Positions 19,735-29,105 are shown, counted from the stretch's first letter. The stretch: 64,000 bases of DNA from Minisyncoccota bacterium (GCA_041663005.1 JBAZRK010000001.1:222734-286733); one strand, 5' to 3'. A program made the numbers and translations. The notes: generated by a model not told the origin, from the letters alone.

Positions 19735-20721
19735 TCAGGACCACTCTTGCTGGTCGAGAAATTCGATAAACTTTTCAGTATTATTTTCGTTAACGGATTC
19801 CATAGTTAGCTCTCCTATTTTTTTAAATGCGCCCTTACCGAATGTTTTTTCGATCAAGCGTGCCACCTCTAACAATCTCCCGGTAAACATTGCTTTAGAA
19901 AACATTTTAAATACATCTTCGTACGTTCTAAACATCTGGGGATTTTTTAAAAAAATTACTTGAATCAAGGAGACTAAAACCATACGCTCATCATAGTAAG
20001 AATATCTGGCTTCAGTCCATTCTAATTCTGAAGTTAATTCCTGTAAAGGATCCACCCTTGTAATGTCAGGAAAAATATATGCAGATTTTCTATTATTTCT
20101 GTATCGACTAAATTGTTCATTGGTTACCGATATCTCTGATAAAAATCTTTCACAGAATCTCTTTGCAAGTTCTTCGGTTATAGCCTCATTTAAAAATTCA
20201 AAAAAAGCATTTTGATTCTCTTGGGCATTTTTACCATCATATAGAGAAAACCCAAATCTTCGTTTTTGTGCCTCAACCCCAGCGGTTACGGTAAGGCTTT
20301 GGAAAGAATTGGCATGCATCAATTCGTGAACTAAAATCTTCGCAGTCGCCACAATATTTTCTGGATTTGATAGTGCTTCTATTCTACCGTTTAGCTCATT
20401 ATACCCACCTTGAACGCCTTTTTCCAAAAATGCTTGAACTCTTTCTTCGTGTGCAGCAGAAGCGTCTAACATATGAATTTGTTTTGGTAAAGTAACCTTA
20501 GTCGCTTCCGCTCCGTATTCCGAAATAAAATTGGGGATTCTTGTTAAAATATCTTCCACTAGACTGTTTTCTTCGAGTGTCTTTGGGCGTTCGTATTCTT
20601 CTATTTTTTGATTAAAGAGAATCTTGGCGGCAACATACTCCCGTAGATTCGCCTCCGTATTTTTTTTACCTCCGACAACCCTATTCGGTCCCGGCATATT
20701 GATATTTTGTGATTCCTTCAT
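19735..20721 (-). CDS. Orphan zincin-like metallopeptidase
   Basis: VHELMH (HExxH) plus downstream LNEAITE. Confidence 0.7.
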   Translation of the reverse strand: MKESQNINMPGPNRVVGGKKNTEANLREYVAAKILFNQKIEEYERPKTLEENSLVEDILTRIPNFISEYGAEATKVTLPKQIHMLDASAAHEERVQAFLEKGVQGGYNELNGRIEALSNPENIVATAKILVHELMHANSFQSLTVTAGVEAQKRRFGFSLYDGKNAQENQNAFFEFLNEAITEELAKRFCERFLSEISVTNEQFSRYRNNRKSAYIFPDITRVDPLQELTSELEWTEARYSYYDERMVLVSLIQVIFLKNPQMFRTYEDVFKMFSKAMFTGRLLEVARLIEKTFGKGAFKKIGELTMESVNENNTEKFIEFLDQQEWS

Positions 20722-20750
20722 ACCTTAAATGGTTTAAATTATCAGAAAGT

Positions 20751-21323
20751 TTAATTCGCCTCCTCTCCTGCCACTTTCTTTGTTTCTTCCTCGAGATTCT
20801 TTGTGGCAACTTCTATTTCATTATTTACTCCAAAATAATCCGGTAGTTCTTCTACCGAGCGTACACCCATATAAGAAAGCATTTCGAAACTTGGTTTGTA
20901 AATATATCGCCTGCTGTCCTTAGGATCGAGCGTTTTCTCAACCAAGCCCCGAACTGAAAGCGCCCGCAAGGTAAAGCTTGAATTTACACCTCTAATATAA
21001 TCAATCTCTGCTCGGCTGGCGCCACCTCTATAGAGAATAATTGAAAGCGTTTCGAGCGAAGCCTTGGATAATTCTTTATTGAGTTCTTCTTTCTGTAGGT
21101 CTTCGATGAGTGAGCTTAGTTCGGGGGTTGTGCCGAGAGTAATTTCATCTCCATTCTCTACAAGCGCCACTCCCCTGTTCGACAAGCTACTTTTAAGCGC
21201 AATAATAGCCTCGGCAATTTCTTCCCTGGAAACTTTCAAAAGTACTTCTAATTTCTTTAGATTTATCGGCTCGCCTTTGAAAAAAAGCACCGCTTCAATT
21301 TTTGTTTCTAAATTATTGTTCAT
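20751..21323 (-). CDS. scpB: SMC-Scp subunit ScpB
   Basis: IEAVLF, LSKASLETLSII, IDYIRGVNS. Confidence 0.96.
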   Translation of the reverse strand: MNNNLETKIEAVLFFKGEPINLKKLEVLLKVSREEIAEAIIALKSSLSNRGVALVENGDEITLGTTPELSSLIEDLQKEELNKELSKASLETLSIILYRGGASRAEIDYIRGVNSSFTLRALSVRGLVEKTLDPKDSRRYIYKPSFEMLSYMGVRSVEELPDYFGVNNEIEVATKNLEEETKKVAGEEAN

Positions 21324-22095
21324 TGTTTTCGGTCGTTAGCTCTTCGTTTGTTCCTGTCTCTTGGACGGGCCCCCCCGCCATTTTCTCCATAATAATATCG
21401 CCGTTGTGGCTTTCCTGAATGGCGTCAATAAGCCCCTGCCTCACCAGCTCAAGCATAGCAAGAAATCCCACAATTACAACTACCTTCTCTTCTTTGCTGG
21501 TCCCAGCCTGACCGTGTAAATCCCTGAAACTCATTTTAAGTGAAGTCTGTATGCGCCCACTTAAGCTTTCAATCATTTCTTCGATGCTGATGACCTTCCT
21601 TACCTCCACCCCCGGCATAAATGTCTTCTTCGGTATCGAACCTAAAACATCCTTAACGAAAACCATCATAGACTCGCGCGTGATTTGCTCGTCGGGTAAG
21701 AAAACCACAATGCCTTGCCGGCGTTCCTCGGGTGCAAAAATAATTTGCTTGCCAAAGGTAGTTTTAATGTTGCCGCCGAGTCTAGTGAAAAGTTCGTAGA
21801 GCCGGAGCCGTTCCTCCAAGCTCTTGATGTCACCTTCTTCGTCAGAGGTTAGGGGTAAAGACGGCAGCAATGATTTGGATTTAATTAAAAGGAGCGTAGA
21901 CGCCACAACCAAAAAGCTCGATACTTGAGCCGGCTTTAGGCCACCAATCTCTCGCATATATTTCAAATAATCCTCTGTGACGTCAGCCAGAGATACATCA
22001 CTTATGTGCAATTTCCTTTTCTCAATGAGGTCAAGGAGTAGCCCAAACGGACCCTCGAAACCAGAGACCTTTATTTGATATGTATCCGTTTCCAC
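21313..22095 (-). CDS. scpA: Segregation/condensation protein A
   Basis: FEGPFGLLL.LI, IKSKSLLP, FLAMLEL. Confidence 0.96.
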   Translation of the reverse strand: METDTYQIKVSGFEGPFGLLLDLIEKRKLHISDVSLADVTEDYLKYMREIGGLKPAQVSSFLVVASTLLLIKSKSLLPSLPLTSDEEGDIKSLEERLRLYELFTRLGGNIKTTFGKQIIFAPEERRQGIVVFLPDEQITRESMMVFVKDVLGSIPKKTFMPGVEVRKVISIEEMIESLSGRIQTSLKMSFRDLHGQAGTSKEEKVVVIVGFLAMLELVRQGLIDAIQESHNGDIIMEKMAGGPVQETGTNEELTTENNEQ

Positions 22096-22141
22096 CTTTA
22101 TATATTAGCATTTTTTACAGAAAAAGATATACTAAAATATC

Positions 22142-24697
22142 ATGAGAAATAAGTCCGTACGCCTGTCTAAAAAAGTCATTCCGACTAAATATAAACTTGA
22201 ACTCAAGCCCGACTTGGAGAATTTTACCTTCTCCGGCCGAGAAAGCATTTCTGTTAATGTTTTACAAAAAACTAAAACAATAACCCTGCACAGTAAAGAG
22301 ATAGACATCGAAACCGCAGACTTAACTATCAAGAATGAGAAAATATTTGGGAAAATTTCTTACGATAAGAAATCCGATACGGCAACCTTCACATTTCCTC
22401 AGCTTATCCCTCCGGGGAAATACGAGCTAACTTTAGTTTTTCAGGGAATTCTTAACGATAAAATGCGGGGATTTTACAGAAGTAAATATAATGTGAGGGG
22501 AAAGGCTTTTCATATGGCTACCACCCAATTCGAAGCCACCGACGCCCGCCGTGCTTTTCCCTGCTTTGATGAGCCAGCCCAGAAAGCTGTCTTCCACGTG
22601 TCTCTGGTTGTGCCCCGCGGCAAAACCGCTATTTCGAACACCCTGCCGATATCAGTCAAAGAGCACGAGGCTGGCTTTGATACTATTGAGTTTGCGCCCA
22701 CACCGAAAATGTCTACTTATCTTTTGGCCTTCATTGTGGGAGATTTGGAATATGTAGAAAAGAAATCTCGCGGCCGTGCCGTACGTGTCTGGACAACTCA
22801 CGGGAAATCTCATCAAGCACATTTTGCTCTCGACTGCGCGGTGAAAACTTTGGAATTTTATGAAAAATATTTTGATATAAAGTTTCCTCTCCCGACACTC
22901 GATATGATAGCCATCCCAGATTTTTCTTCCGGAGCAATGGAGAACTGGGGCGCGATAACTTATCGCGAAAGCGCGCTATTGGTGGACCCTCATCACTCCA
23001 GCGTCGGGAACAAGCAATGGGTCGCGCTTGTCGTCGCCCATGAGCTGGCGCACCAATGGTTCGGTAACCTTGTAACAATGGAATGGTGGACACACTTGTG
23101 GCTCAACGAAGGCTTCGCTTCCTATATCGAATACTTGGCCGTAGATAAACTCTTCCCGAAGTGGGACATCTGGACCCAATTTATGACTGATGATATGGGC
23201 CGCTCCCTTCGCCTCGATGCTCTCGCCAGCACTCACCCGATAGAAGTCGAAGTCCACCACCCGGACGAAATCGGCGAAATCTTTGACGAAGTATCTTATT
23301 CCAAGGGCGCTTCGCTCATTCGTATGCTTGCAGGCTACCTGGGTGAGCGAAATTTCCGCGACGGCCTGCGTCACTATTTGAAAAAGCACAGCTATAAAAA
23401 CACGTCTACAATTCATCTCTGGGAAGCTTTTGAAAAGGTTTCGGGTAAACCCGTAGCCAAAATGATGAAAAATTGGACCGGCAAGCCGGGATACCCAGTA
23501 GTGCGAGTAAGCGCGCTTGGGCTCTCGCAAGAGCGCTTTTTTGCAAGTCCTATATCTGCTAAAAAGGCAAAAGATAAAACAATCTGGCAAATCTCCGTCC
23601 AAAATATGAAAACAAACTTTTTAAGGGGTTTGGCGAGCGACGGCGAGCCAACTTCAGGAATTTTTAAGCTTAAAAAATTTCGTACCGACAAAAAGTTTAG
23701 TTTTCATAATTATATAAAACTGAATTTTGGCGAAACTGGATTTTACAGAACCGCGTACTCGAAAGAATTACTAGAGAAGCTGTATGAGCCAATACAGAAT
23801 AAAAATTTTAGTTCCAGAGACAGACTAGGAATAATTCGAGATCTTTTTGCTTTAGCTGAGGCAGGTACAATACCTACTACTGACGCATTAGAATTTCTAG
23901 ATGCCTATAAAAATGAGGACAATTACACTGTCTGGCTCGAGGTTGCGAACGGCCTTGCTCGCCTGCGCCAACTCTTGGCGAAAACACCAGTTAGCGAAAA
24001 GGTAACCGTCTTCACTATGCGACTTTTTTCTTCACTGGCAGAAAAGATGGGCTGGGCAAAGAAAAAAGACGAGCATCATACGGGTGCCCTGCTCCGCTCG
24101 CTCGCTATTGATCAAGCGGGACAAGCTGGAGACAAAGAAATAATTAGAGAAGCTCGCAAGAAGTTCAATTCTCCTAACATCCCACCTGATATTCGCGGCG
24201 CAGTTTATTCCGTTGTGGCTACCCACGGAGGAGTAAAAGAATTCAATCAATTTATTGCTAAATATAAAAAGGAAACTCTCCACGAAGAAAAGAATCGCTT
24301 GGGCTCGGCGCTAGGCGATTTTAAAAATGAAAATCTTTTGCTGCAAGCTTGCGAATTTGCTATGTCCTCTAACGTTCGTCCGCAGGACACTGTAGGCATT
24401 CTCTCTTCAGTCGGAGCGAACTCCGTGGGCCGAGATATTTGGTGGAATTTTATGAAAAAGAATTGGAAAACCCTGGTCTCTCGCTATGGCGAAGGCGGCC
24501 TCACGCTCGGCCGCGCAATGAAAGCTATAGGAGGCAGTGCCGAGCCTAAGCATTTAGCTGATATAAGAAAATTTTTCAAGACCCACCCTGCCCCCGGCGC
24601 TAAGCGCTCCATCGAGCAAGTGCTCGAACGCCTCGAAGGCAACATCGCCTGGCTGAAAAGAGATGGAGAAATTATTGCGGAGTTTTTGAATCGATAA
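22142..24697 (+). CDS. pepN: M1 aminopeptidase (PepN/puromycin-sensitive type)
   Basis: TQFE, GAMEN, HELAH..WLNEG, YSKG. Confidence 0.95.
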   Translation: MRNKSVRLSKKVIPTKYKLELKPDLENFTFSGRESISVNVLQKTKTITLHSKEIDIETADLTIKNEKIFGKISYDKKSDTATFTFPQLIPPGKYELTLVFQGILNDKMRGFYRSKYNVRGKAFHMATTQFEATDARRAFPCFDEPAQKAVFHVSLVVPRGKTAISNTLPISVKEHEAGFDTIEFAPTPKMSTYLLAFIVGDLEYVEKKSRGRAVRVWTTHGKSHQAHFALDCAVKTLEFYEKYFDIKFPLPTLDMIAIPDFSSGAMENWGAITYRESALLVDPHHSSVGNKQWVALVVAHELAHQWFGNLVTMEWWTHLWLNEGFASYIEYLAVDKLFPKWDIWTQFMTDDMGRSLRLDALASTHPIEVEVHHPDEIGEIFDEVSYSKGASLIRMLAGYLGERNFRDGLRHYLKKHSYKNTSTIHLWEAFEKVSGKPVAKMMKNWTGKPGYPVVRVSALGLSQERFFASPISAKKAKDKTIWQISVQNMKTNFLRGLASDGEPTSGIFKLKKFRTDKKFSFHNYIKLNFGETGFYRTAYSKELLEKLYEPIQNKNFSSRDRLGIIRDLFALAEAGTIPTTDALEFLDAYKNEDNYTVWLEVANGLARLRQLLAKTPVSEKVTVFTMRLFSSLAEKMGWAKKKDEHHTGALLRSLAIDQAGQAGDKEIIREARKKFNSPNIPPDIRGAVYSVVATHGGVKEFNQFIAKYKKETLHEEKNRLGSALGDFKNENLLLQACEFAMSSNVRPQDTVGILSSVGANSVGRDIWWNFMKKNWKTLVSRYGEGGLTLGRAMKAIGGSAEPKHLADIRKFFKTHPAPGAKRSIEQVLERLEGNIAWLKRDGEIIAEFLNR
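23605..23708. mobile_element. MITE-like palindromic element in frame within pepN
   Basis: Terminal inverted repeats TATGAAAACAAACTTTTT / AAAAAGTTTAGTTTTCATA; internal palindrome TTTTTAAGCTTAAAAA and TTGGC..GCCAA. Confidence 0.7.
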
Positions 24698-25100
24698 AAA
24701 TTTGATTGTCTAGAAATGCTTTGATGCGGCGCTTGTGAGAATCGAAAATGTTGTCCGGTAGTTTATCTAAATCTAACCACTCCCAGCCATAACATTTATC
24801 CGGCTCCATTAAGCTCGGCTCCCCTTCTATGTTTTGAGCTAAAAAGCTGACATGAACATAGTGTTTATCACCACTAGAATCGTGCCCCATATTTAAGAAT
24901 GTAAAAGAGTCGCAGGTTAATCCAGTTTCTTCGAGAAGCTCCCTTGCGACGGCTTGTATCATTCCTTCATTGTGCTCCAGATGTCCACCCGGAAGTCCCC
25001 ATTCGCCCTCCCCTGCGCTGTTTTTCCTTTTCCCTAGAAGTATTTTATTATCCTTTATAACGAACGCGTTAACCCCCACGAGGAAGGAATCTCTGTTCAT
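24672..25100 (-). CDS. NUDIX hydrolase (NUDT15/MTH2-like)
   Basis: GGHLE..E....AVARELLEETG Nudix box; EPDKC..WEW. Confidence 0.92.
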   Translation of the reverse strand: MNRDSFLVGVNAFVIKDNKILLGKRKNSAGEGEWGLPGGHLEHNEGMIQAVARELLEETGLTCDSFTFLNMGHDSSGDKHYVHVSFLAQNIEGEPSLMEPDKCYGWEWLDLDKLPDNIFDSHKRRIKAFLDNQIFIDSKTPQ

Positions 25101-25115
25101 AGAATGATTATATCA

Positions 25116-25622
25116 CTATAGCGAATTTATAAAATTACGAATCTCTTTGAAAGACGAGAGAGTTACCGTCTTTTCTTTGTGAGGCGAGATAAATTCGTGA
25201 ATTGTCGGGTACCCTTTACGATAGCCTATGCTATACCTTTTATAGAAAACATGACGCATAAGTTCGAAAAGTCCACCGACGGTTTCGTTGTCTCGATGGA
25301 AATGCCTTTTGATTAAATAGAGCCACTGAGCAAAAATATTTTTGTGGGTAAGGAATATCACCACATCCGCCGCATCGAGGCCCGGCTCGACCATCCACTC
25401 GGTCGTGCCCTCCACGATCCACTTGTCGCTCTCGTAAACTTTCGAAATCTTCGACAGGCTCTCTTCCCGGCTACGCATTTTCGTAAACTTTATTTCGTAA
25501 TAAAAGTCGTCGGTAGAAAAATACGGTATGCCTAGTTTTTTCTCAAGCTTGCCTGCCAACGTGGTTTTACCTCGTCCCGCATCCCCAGTAATAATGATTT
25601 TTCTTATATTTTGCTTGTCCAC
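25116..25622 (-). CDS. P-loop kinase (FlaR/adenylate-kinase-like)
   Basis: GDAGRGKTT, DD, WIVEG, AD.VIFL. Confidence 0.85.
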   Translation of the reverse strand: MDKQNIRKIIITGDAGRGKTTLAGKLEKKLGIPYFSTDDFYYEIKFTKMRSREESLSKISKVYESDKWIVEGTTEWMVEPGLDAADVVIFLTHKNIFAQWLYLIKRHFHRDNETVGGLFELMRHVFYKRYSIGYRKGYPTIHEFISPHKEKTVTLSSFKEIRNFINSL

Positions 25623-25658
25623 ACTTAAATTATATCATATCGAGCCCGGGGTAATGAG

Positions 25659-25667
25659 TTATCCACA
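25659..25667 (+). promoter_or_regulatory. Perfect DnaA box
   Basis: TTATCCACA, intergenic; single copy, function uncertain. Confidence 0.4.
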
Positions 25668-25678
25668 GCCGAGCTTGG

Positions 25679-25716
25679 TACTTTACTTGACTAAAGTACT
25701 TTAGTTTGCTAAAGTG
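25679..25716 (+). promoter_or_regulatory. Two tandem 20-bp HisR-type operators overlapping the promoter
   Basis: TACTTTA-CTTGAC-TAAAGTA (25679-25698) and TACTTTA-GTTTGC-TAAAGTG (25697-25716); TTGACT-17-TAAAGT, 6 nt before ATG. Confidence 0.85.
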
Positions 25717-25721
25717 GAGAT

Positions 25722-26138
25722 ATGAGTAAAGGTGTGAATAAAAATGCAGAGGTTAAGACAGTTAGAATGGTGACCGAAATTGGCACAGATACTGACTGGA
25801 ATACAAAAACCGGCAAACAGCTCGTGGAGGCACTTTTAGCGCTTGAGACTCCCGACGAAGCCAAGCGTTTTCTTCGTGACCTTCTAACTCCCGCGGAAAT
25901 AAAAGAATTCGCTAGTCGTCTTGAAGCCGCTCGTTTGCTCTCTCGCGATGTGCAGTACAATGCCATAAGTGAATCTACGGGTCTCTCTTCTGCTACCATC
26001 GCCCGCATTGCCAAGTGGCTCAATGGCTCTCTCGGCGGCTATCGCTTAGTAATTTCACGCCTTCCTTCGACATCGCTCAGGACAAGTCACCACAACAACT
26101 CTTCCCCACAACGGAAAGGGTTGCGTTTGAGCTCGTAA
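25722..26138 (+). CDS. TrpR-family YerC/YecD (HisR-like) repressor with C-terminal His-codon leader tail
   Basis: FLRDLLT..E....SR, Y..I...TGLSSATIARI..WL..GGY; tail SHHNNSS. Confidence 0.92.
   Translation: MSKGVNKNAEVKTVRMVTEIGTDTDWNTKTGKQLVEALLALETPDEAKRFLRDLLTPAEIKEFASRLEAARLLSRDVQYNAISESTGLSSATIARIAKWLNGSLGGYRLVISRLPSTSLRTSHHNNSSPQRKGLRLSS
26064..26083 (-). repeat. REP-like short element in frame in hisR-like gene
   Basis: ccttcgacatcgctcaggac (encodes PSTSLRT); inverse of the purD copy. Confidence 0.6.
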
Positions 26139-26190
26139 TTTATTCTATTTCGAACTTAACCCCTTCCGTCGTGGAAGGGGTTTTGCGTTT
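26088..26190 (+). promoter_or_regulatory. His-responsive attenuator (antiterminator/terminator)
   Basis: CAC CAC at 26088-93; 26111-30 pairs 18/20 with 26150-69; competing terminator AACCCCTTCC-GTCGT-GGAAGGGGTT-TTGCGTTT at 26158-90. Confidence 0.8.
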
Positions 26191-26211
26191 ACCCTAAAAC
26201 GCAGACGATTT

Positions 26212-26230
26212 TGTTCTTTGACAAGGAGGT
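26212..26230 (+). promoter_or_regulatory. boxA-like site plus Shine-Dalgarno
   Basis: TGTTCTTTGACAA then AGGAGGT before ATG 26234. Confidence 0.6.
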
Positions 26231-26233
26231 CAG

Positions 26234-26515
26234 ATGTCAAACCCCGCCGAAGTGTACATTCTCTCAGAGTTAGAACGCGAGGAGCTGCTCGCCCCCATTC
26301 AAAATCACAATCATTGCTGGGGGGCACTCGCAGAGCAGATTCTCGGGGACGCAGTCAGGGAACGCACCCAGAATTGGTGTGCGAAATCTCGCGCACATGA
26401 GCATGAGTGGGTTTACCCGCGCATGGAGGACAGCATCGACAGGCAGCGAAACGAGGTGCGAACCTACTGCCGTTTTTGTTTTACCAATAAAGGAGGACCA
26501 TATGTGGGAAAGTAA
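26234..26515 (+). CDS. Orphan small protein with His/Cys zinc-binding-like motif
   Basis: Strong SD; C.....HEHEW...CRFC. Confidence 0.75.
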   Translation: MSNPAEVYILSELEREELLAPIQNHNHCWGALAEQILGDAVRERTQNWCAKSRAHEHEWVYPRMEDSIDRQRNEVRTYCRFCFTNKGGPYVGK

Positions 26516-26702
26516 TGAGTTAGTGTGGAAAAATAAAAATGGAGAGACTGTAATCGTTTGCCCTAAGTGTGGGAACTGGAGATTTATCGCGACCATTACT
26601 TGCCAGTCGAAACAGCAATGCCACAAAGGTTACCCATATGAAGAAAAAAGCTGGTGCGGAAGATGCGACTATGTCTGGACCAGTTCGAGGAAGTACAAAT
26701 AA
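26502..26702 (+). CDS. Orphan 66-aa zinc-ribbon protein
   Basis: AAAGGAGG before ATG 26502; CPKCG...CGRCDYVW. Confidence 0.8.
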   Translation: MWESNELVWKNKNGETVIVCPKCGNWRFIATITCQSKQQCHKGYPYEEKSWCGRCDYVWTSSRKYK

Positions 26703-26724
26703 AAACATCGCGCCTGACGAGCGC

Positions 26725-26772
26725 AAAAGAGGACGTAGCAAGTTTGGAAGACAACTACTACGCCCTTTTTTT
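26725..26772 (+). terminator. Probable terminator closing the orphan operon
   Basis: AAAAGAGGACGTAG...CTACGCCCTTTTTTT imperfect stem plus U tract. Confidence 0.55.
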
Positions 26773-27115
26773 ATTTACTTGCGTCTACTTTGGCGGCGAG
26801 GATGAAGTCGTTTTCGGAGAGACCGCCGATGGCATGCGTAGAAAGGATTAATTTCACTTTATTATATTTTATTTTTATGTCTGGATGATGTCCTTCAGCT
26901 TCCGCAATCTCGGCAACGTGGTTGACGAAGTTTATTGCGCCGATAAAATCCTGGAATTTATATTTCTTTATTATTTCTTTCCCGTCCTCTGACAGTTCCC
27001 AGCCGGAGACCATATGCATATACTTCTCCGCCTCCTCCTTATCGAGTGGTAGGGCTCCGCCTTCGCACGGCACACATTTTTTATTTAGCAAATTTTTTTC
27101 TTTCTCGTTAGACAT
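26771..27115 (-). CDS. phhB: Pterin-4-alpha-carbinolamine dehydratase
   Basis: CVPCEG, AE.EGHHPD, THAIGGLSENDFILAAK. Confidence 0.93.
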   Translation of the reverse strand: MSNEKEKNLLNKKCVPCEGGALPLDKEEAEKYMHMVSGWELSEDGKEIIKKYKFQDFIGAINFVNHVAEIAEAEGHHPDIKIKYNKVKLILSTHAIGGLSENDFILAAKVDASK

Positions 27116-28013
27116 TTAGATTTTCTCTTAACTTAGCAATTTTATATATACTAAATACTAAGACGATAGCCGCGACCCATTGTGACAAAGAAAGTACGGT
27201 GTGATTTATCGCAAAATCCAAAAGGATTGCCACGAAAGGAAAAGTGAGCTCAAGAATAGTAGAAATATGCACGGGAGTTTTCGCCAGACCTTTGTAATAA
27301 ATCAGGAGTGCTACCATTCCGGTCGAAATAGCAATAAGTGCCAGGAATCCAAACTGCGATACATTCGGCACTGAAAATGATTCCCCTGTTCGCCCAAACC
27401 AGACCAACAACGGCAAGGAAATTATCAAGGTGATTAAAAATCGATAAAAAGTACCAACCTTGAAGTCCACTCGCCCCAAAAGCATTTTAGAAAACGTAGT
27501 GGATGAACCCCAGGCAAATGCTGCGCCGAGAGCGTAGAACGCTGCGATAGCTGTCCCCTCGCCTGTCTCCAGATTCACGACGCCGTTCGGGAAAGTGACA
27601 AAATAGGCGGCTAGAAGTGCAAGCACCGCCCATTTGATATATCTTTTATCCAATTTTTCTTTCAAAAAGATGCGAGCAGTAGTGATGGCAAATATCGGCT
27701 GAAGTTTTTGCAGTAAAAATACGACAGATATAGTTATAAAGTGAACCTTGCCAAGCGCGGTCGTAAACCAGAGTGTACCGAAAAGTCCACTCAAAATTGC
27801 AATCAAGATAATGAGCCACCATTCACGCGAAGTTAACTTGGTCTGCCACACATATTTCAACACAAATGGCGATAAGATCAGTAGACCTATTAGGTGTTCG
27901 AAGAAAATTATCGTAATTGGCGGGAGCGTGTAGAGATGCTGACGAATGAGCCCGTCGAAGGCCCACAAGAGCGCGGCGATGATTATAAAAATGGGACCCT
28001 TATAATTTTTCAT
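27108..28013 (-). CDS. EamA/DMT transporter
   Basis: About 10 TM in two EamA repeats, FLKEK; start moved to ATG 28013, 6 nt after TATAAT. Confidence 0.9.
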   Translation of the reverse strand: MKNYKGPIFIIIAALLWAFDGLIRQHLYTLPPITIIFFEHLIGLLILSPFVLKYVWQTKLTSREWWLIILIAILSGLFGTLWFTTALGKVHFITISVVFLLQKLQPIFAITTARIFLKEKLDKRYIKWAVLALLAAYFVTFPNGVVNLETGEGTAIAAFYALGAAFAWGSSTTFSKMLLGRVDFKVGTFYRFLITLIISLPLLVWFGRTGESFSVPNVSQFGFLALIAISTGMVALLIYYKGLAKTPVHISTILELTFPFVAILLDFAINHTVLSLSQWVAAIVLVFSIYKIAKLRENLNV

Positions 28014-28071
28014 TTTGTTATTATACTTGATATAGTCCAAACATGAAAACTCCGGATTAGCTCAGGGGGTT

Positions 28072-29085
28072 TTAAAAGGGCTTTTCATTTCGTAGTGTGT
28101 TTTTTAAGGATTGAACCAAACCCCGATTTTTCTGTAAGTAAACTCCTGCTTTTTCTAAAAGATTAAATCTGCTCGCACATGCTTCTAAAATTTGTTTGTA
28201 TTTCTCGTCTCGTGATCCATCCGAAGCAAAGTAAAACCTTGCTGCTTCGGCTATATCTTCAACTTCACCATGATCATTGAGATCCTTATACCTTCTTTCG
28301 CTAGCATACCCAGACATTGTTGTACCATCTTCCTCCATGGCCTTTCTCCACTTCGGACCCGGATGTATGCTGCCAGTGATAGATTTGGCTATATTATGCC
28401 CCAGTTCATGATAAAAGGTTTCCAAGAGTTCTTGCTTGCTTACAATATCCGAATCTACATACAAAATGAGTATTTCTTTTTTAGCAAATAATGATCCTTC
28501 GCTTCTCGCTACCCCCGCCCTATCTTGCGCCTCTCTTTCGATGCGAATTTCACTCACGCAATCCAAAAATTGCGAAGGTAATGCTGATATTAGGTCATCG
28601 ATTAATTCCGAAGTTTCGGGGGATCGATCTTTAAACGCAAGGTCGTAAATTTTTATTTTTTTCTTATAGCCAACACTGTCGTTAACTTGATAAAAATATT
28701 CGTGCGCTTTTACGTTTCTCGGCTCAAGATGAATTTCGCCTGTCAACTCCCCTGGTTCGCCATTTTTTTCTAGCTTTACCACTCGTAATTTATTTCTATC
28801 AACACTCGTAACGACATACATTTCGTTGCCGTGAATATTCATTAGCACTGTCCCCTTCTGGGCATTTTTCACTTGCGTCGGTTGCCAGCCTTCCCGAATG
28901 AGAATATCGGAAGCAGATAATTTCAAAATTGTTTCTTTTCCTGTCTCGAGTCTTACGACAGCGACTCTTTCTATGTTCCGCCCATCTTGACCAATAGCTG
29001 GCAAAGTTGCCATGCTATCCTCGACGGTTTTTCTTTGCACCCTTATTCCTGCTCTTTGTTCAAGAGGTGGTCGATCAAAGTTCAT
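28072..29085 (-). CDS. Orphan HExxH zinc metallopeptidase-like protein
   Basis: YHELGH, W..A...D, SGYA, EDIAE. Confidence 0.7.
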   Translation of the reverse strand: MNFDRPPLEQRAGIRVQRKTVEDSMATLPAIGQDGRNIERVAVVRLETGKETILKLSASDILIREGWQPTQVKNAQKGTVLMNIHGNEMYVVTSVDRNKLRVVKLEKNGEPGELTGEIHLEPRNVKAHEYFYQVNDSVGYKKKIKIYDLAFKDRSPETSELIDDLISALPSQFLDCVSEIRIEREAQDRAGVARSEGSLFAKKEILILYVDSDIVSKQELLETFYHELGHNIAKSITGSIHPGPKWRKAMEEDGTTMSGYASERRYKDLNDHGEVEDIAEAARFYFASDGSRDEKYKQILEACASRFNLLEKAGVYLQKNRGLVQSLKNTLRNEKPF

Positions 29086-29105
29086 GGTTTTACTTAAGAG
29101 GTTAA

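Noticed and set aside
25659-25667. oriC from DnaA boxes (also 60699-60707)
   Set aside because: Isolated single boxes; no cluster, no unwinding element and no dnaA nearby.
26379-26501. Upstream extension of the 107-aa ORF
   Set aside because: It overlaps the preceding ORF; the strong SD points to ATG 26502.
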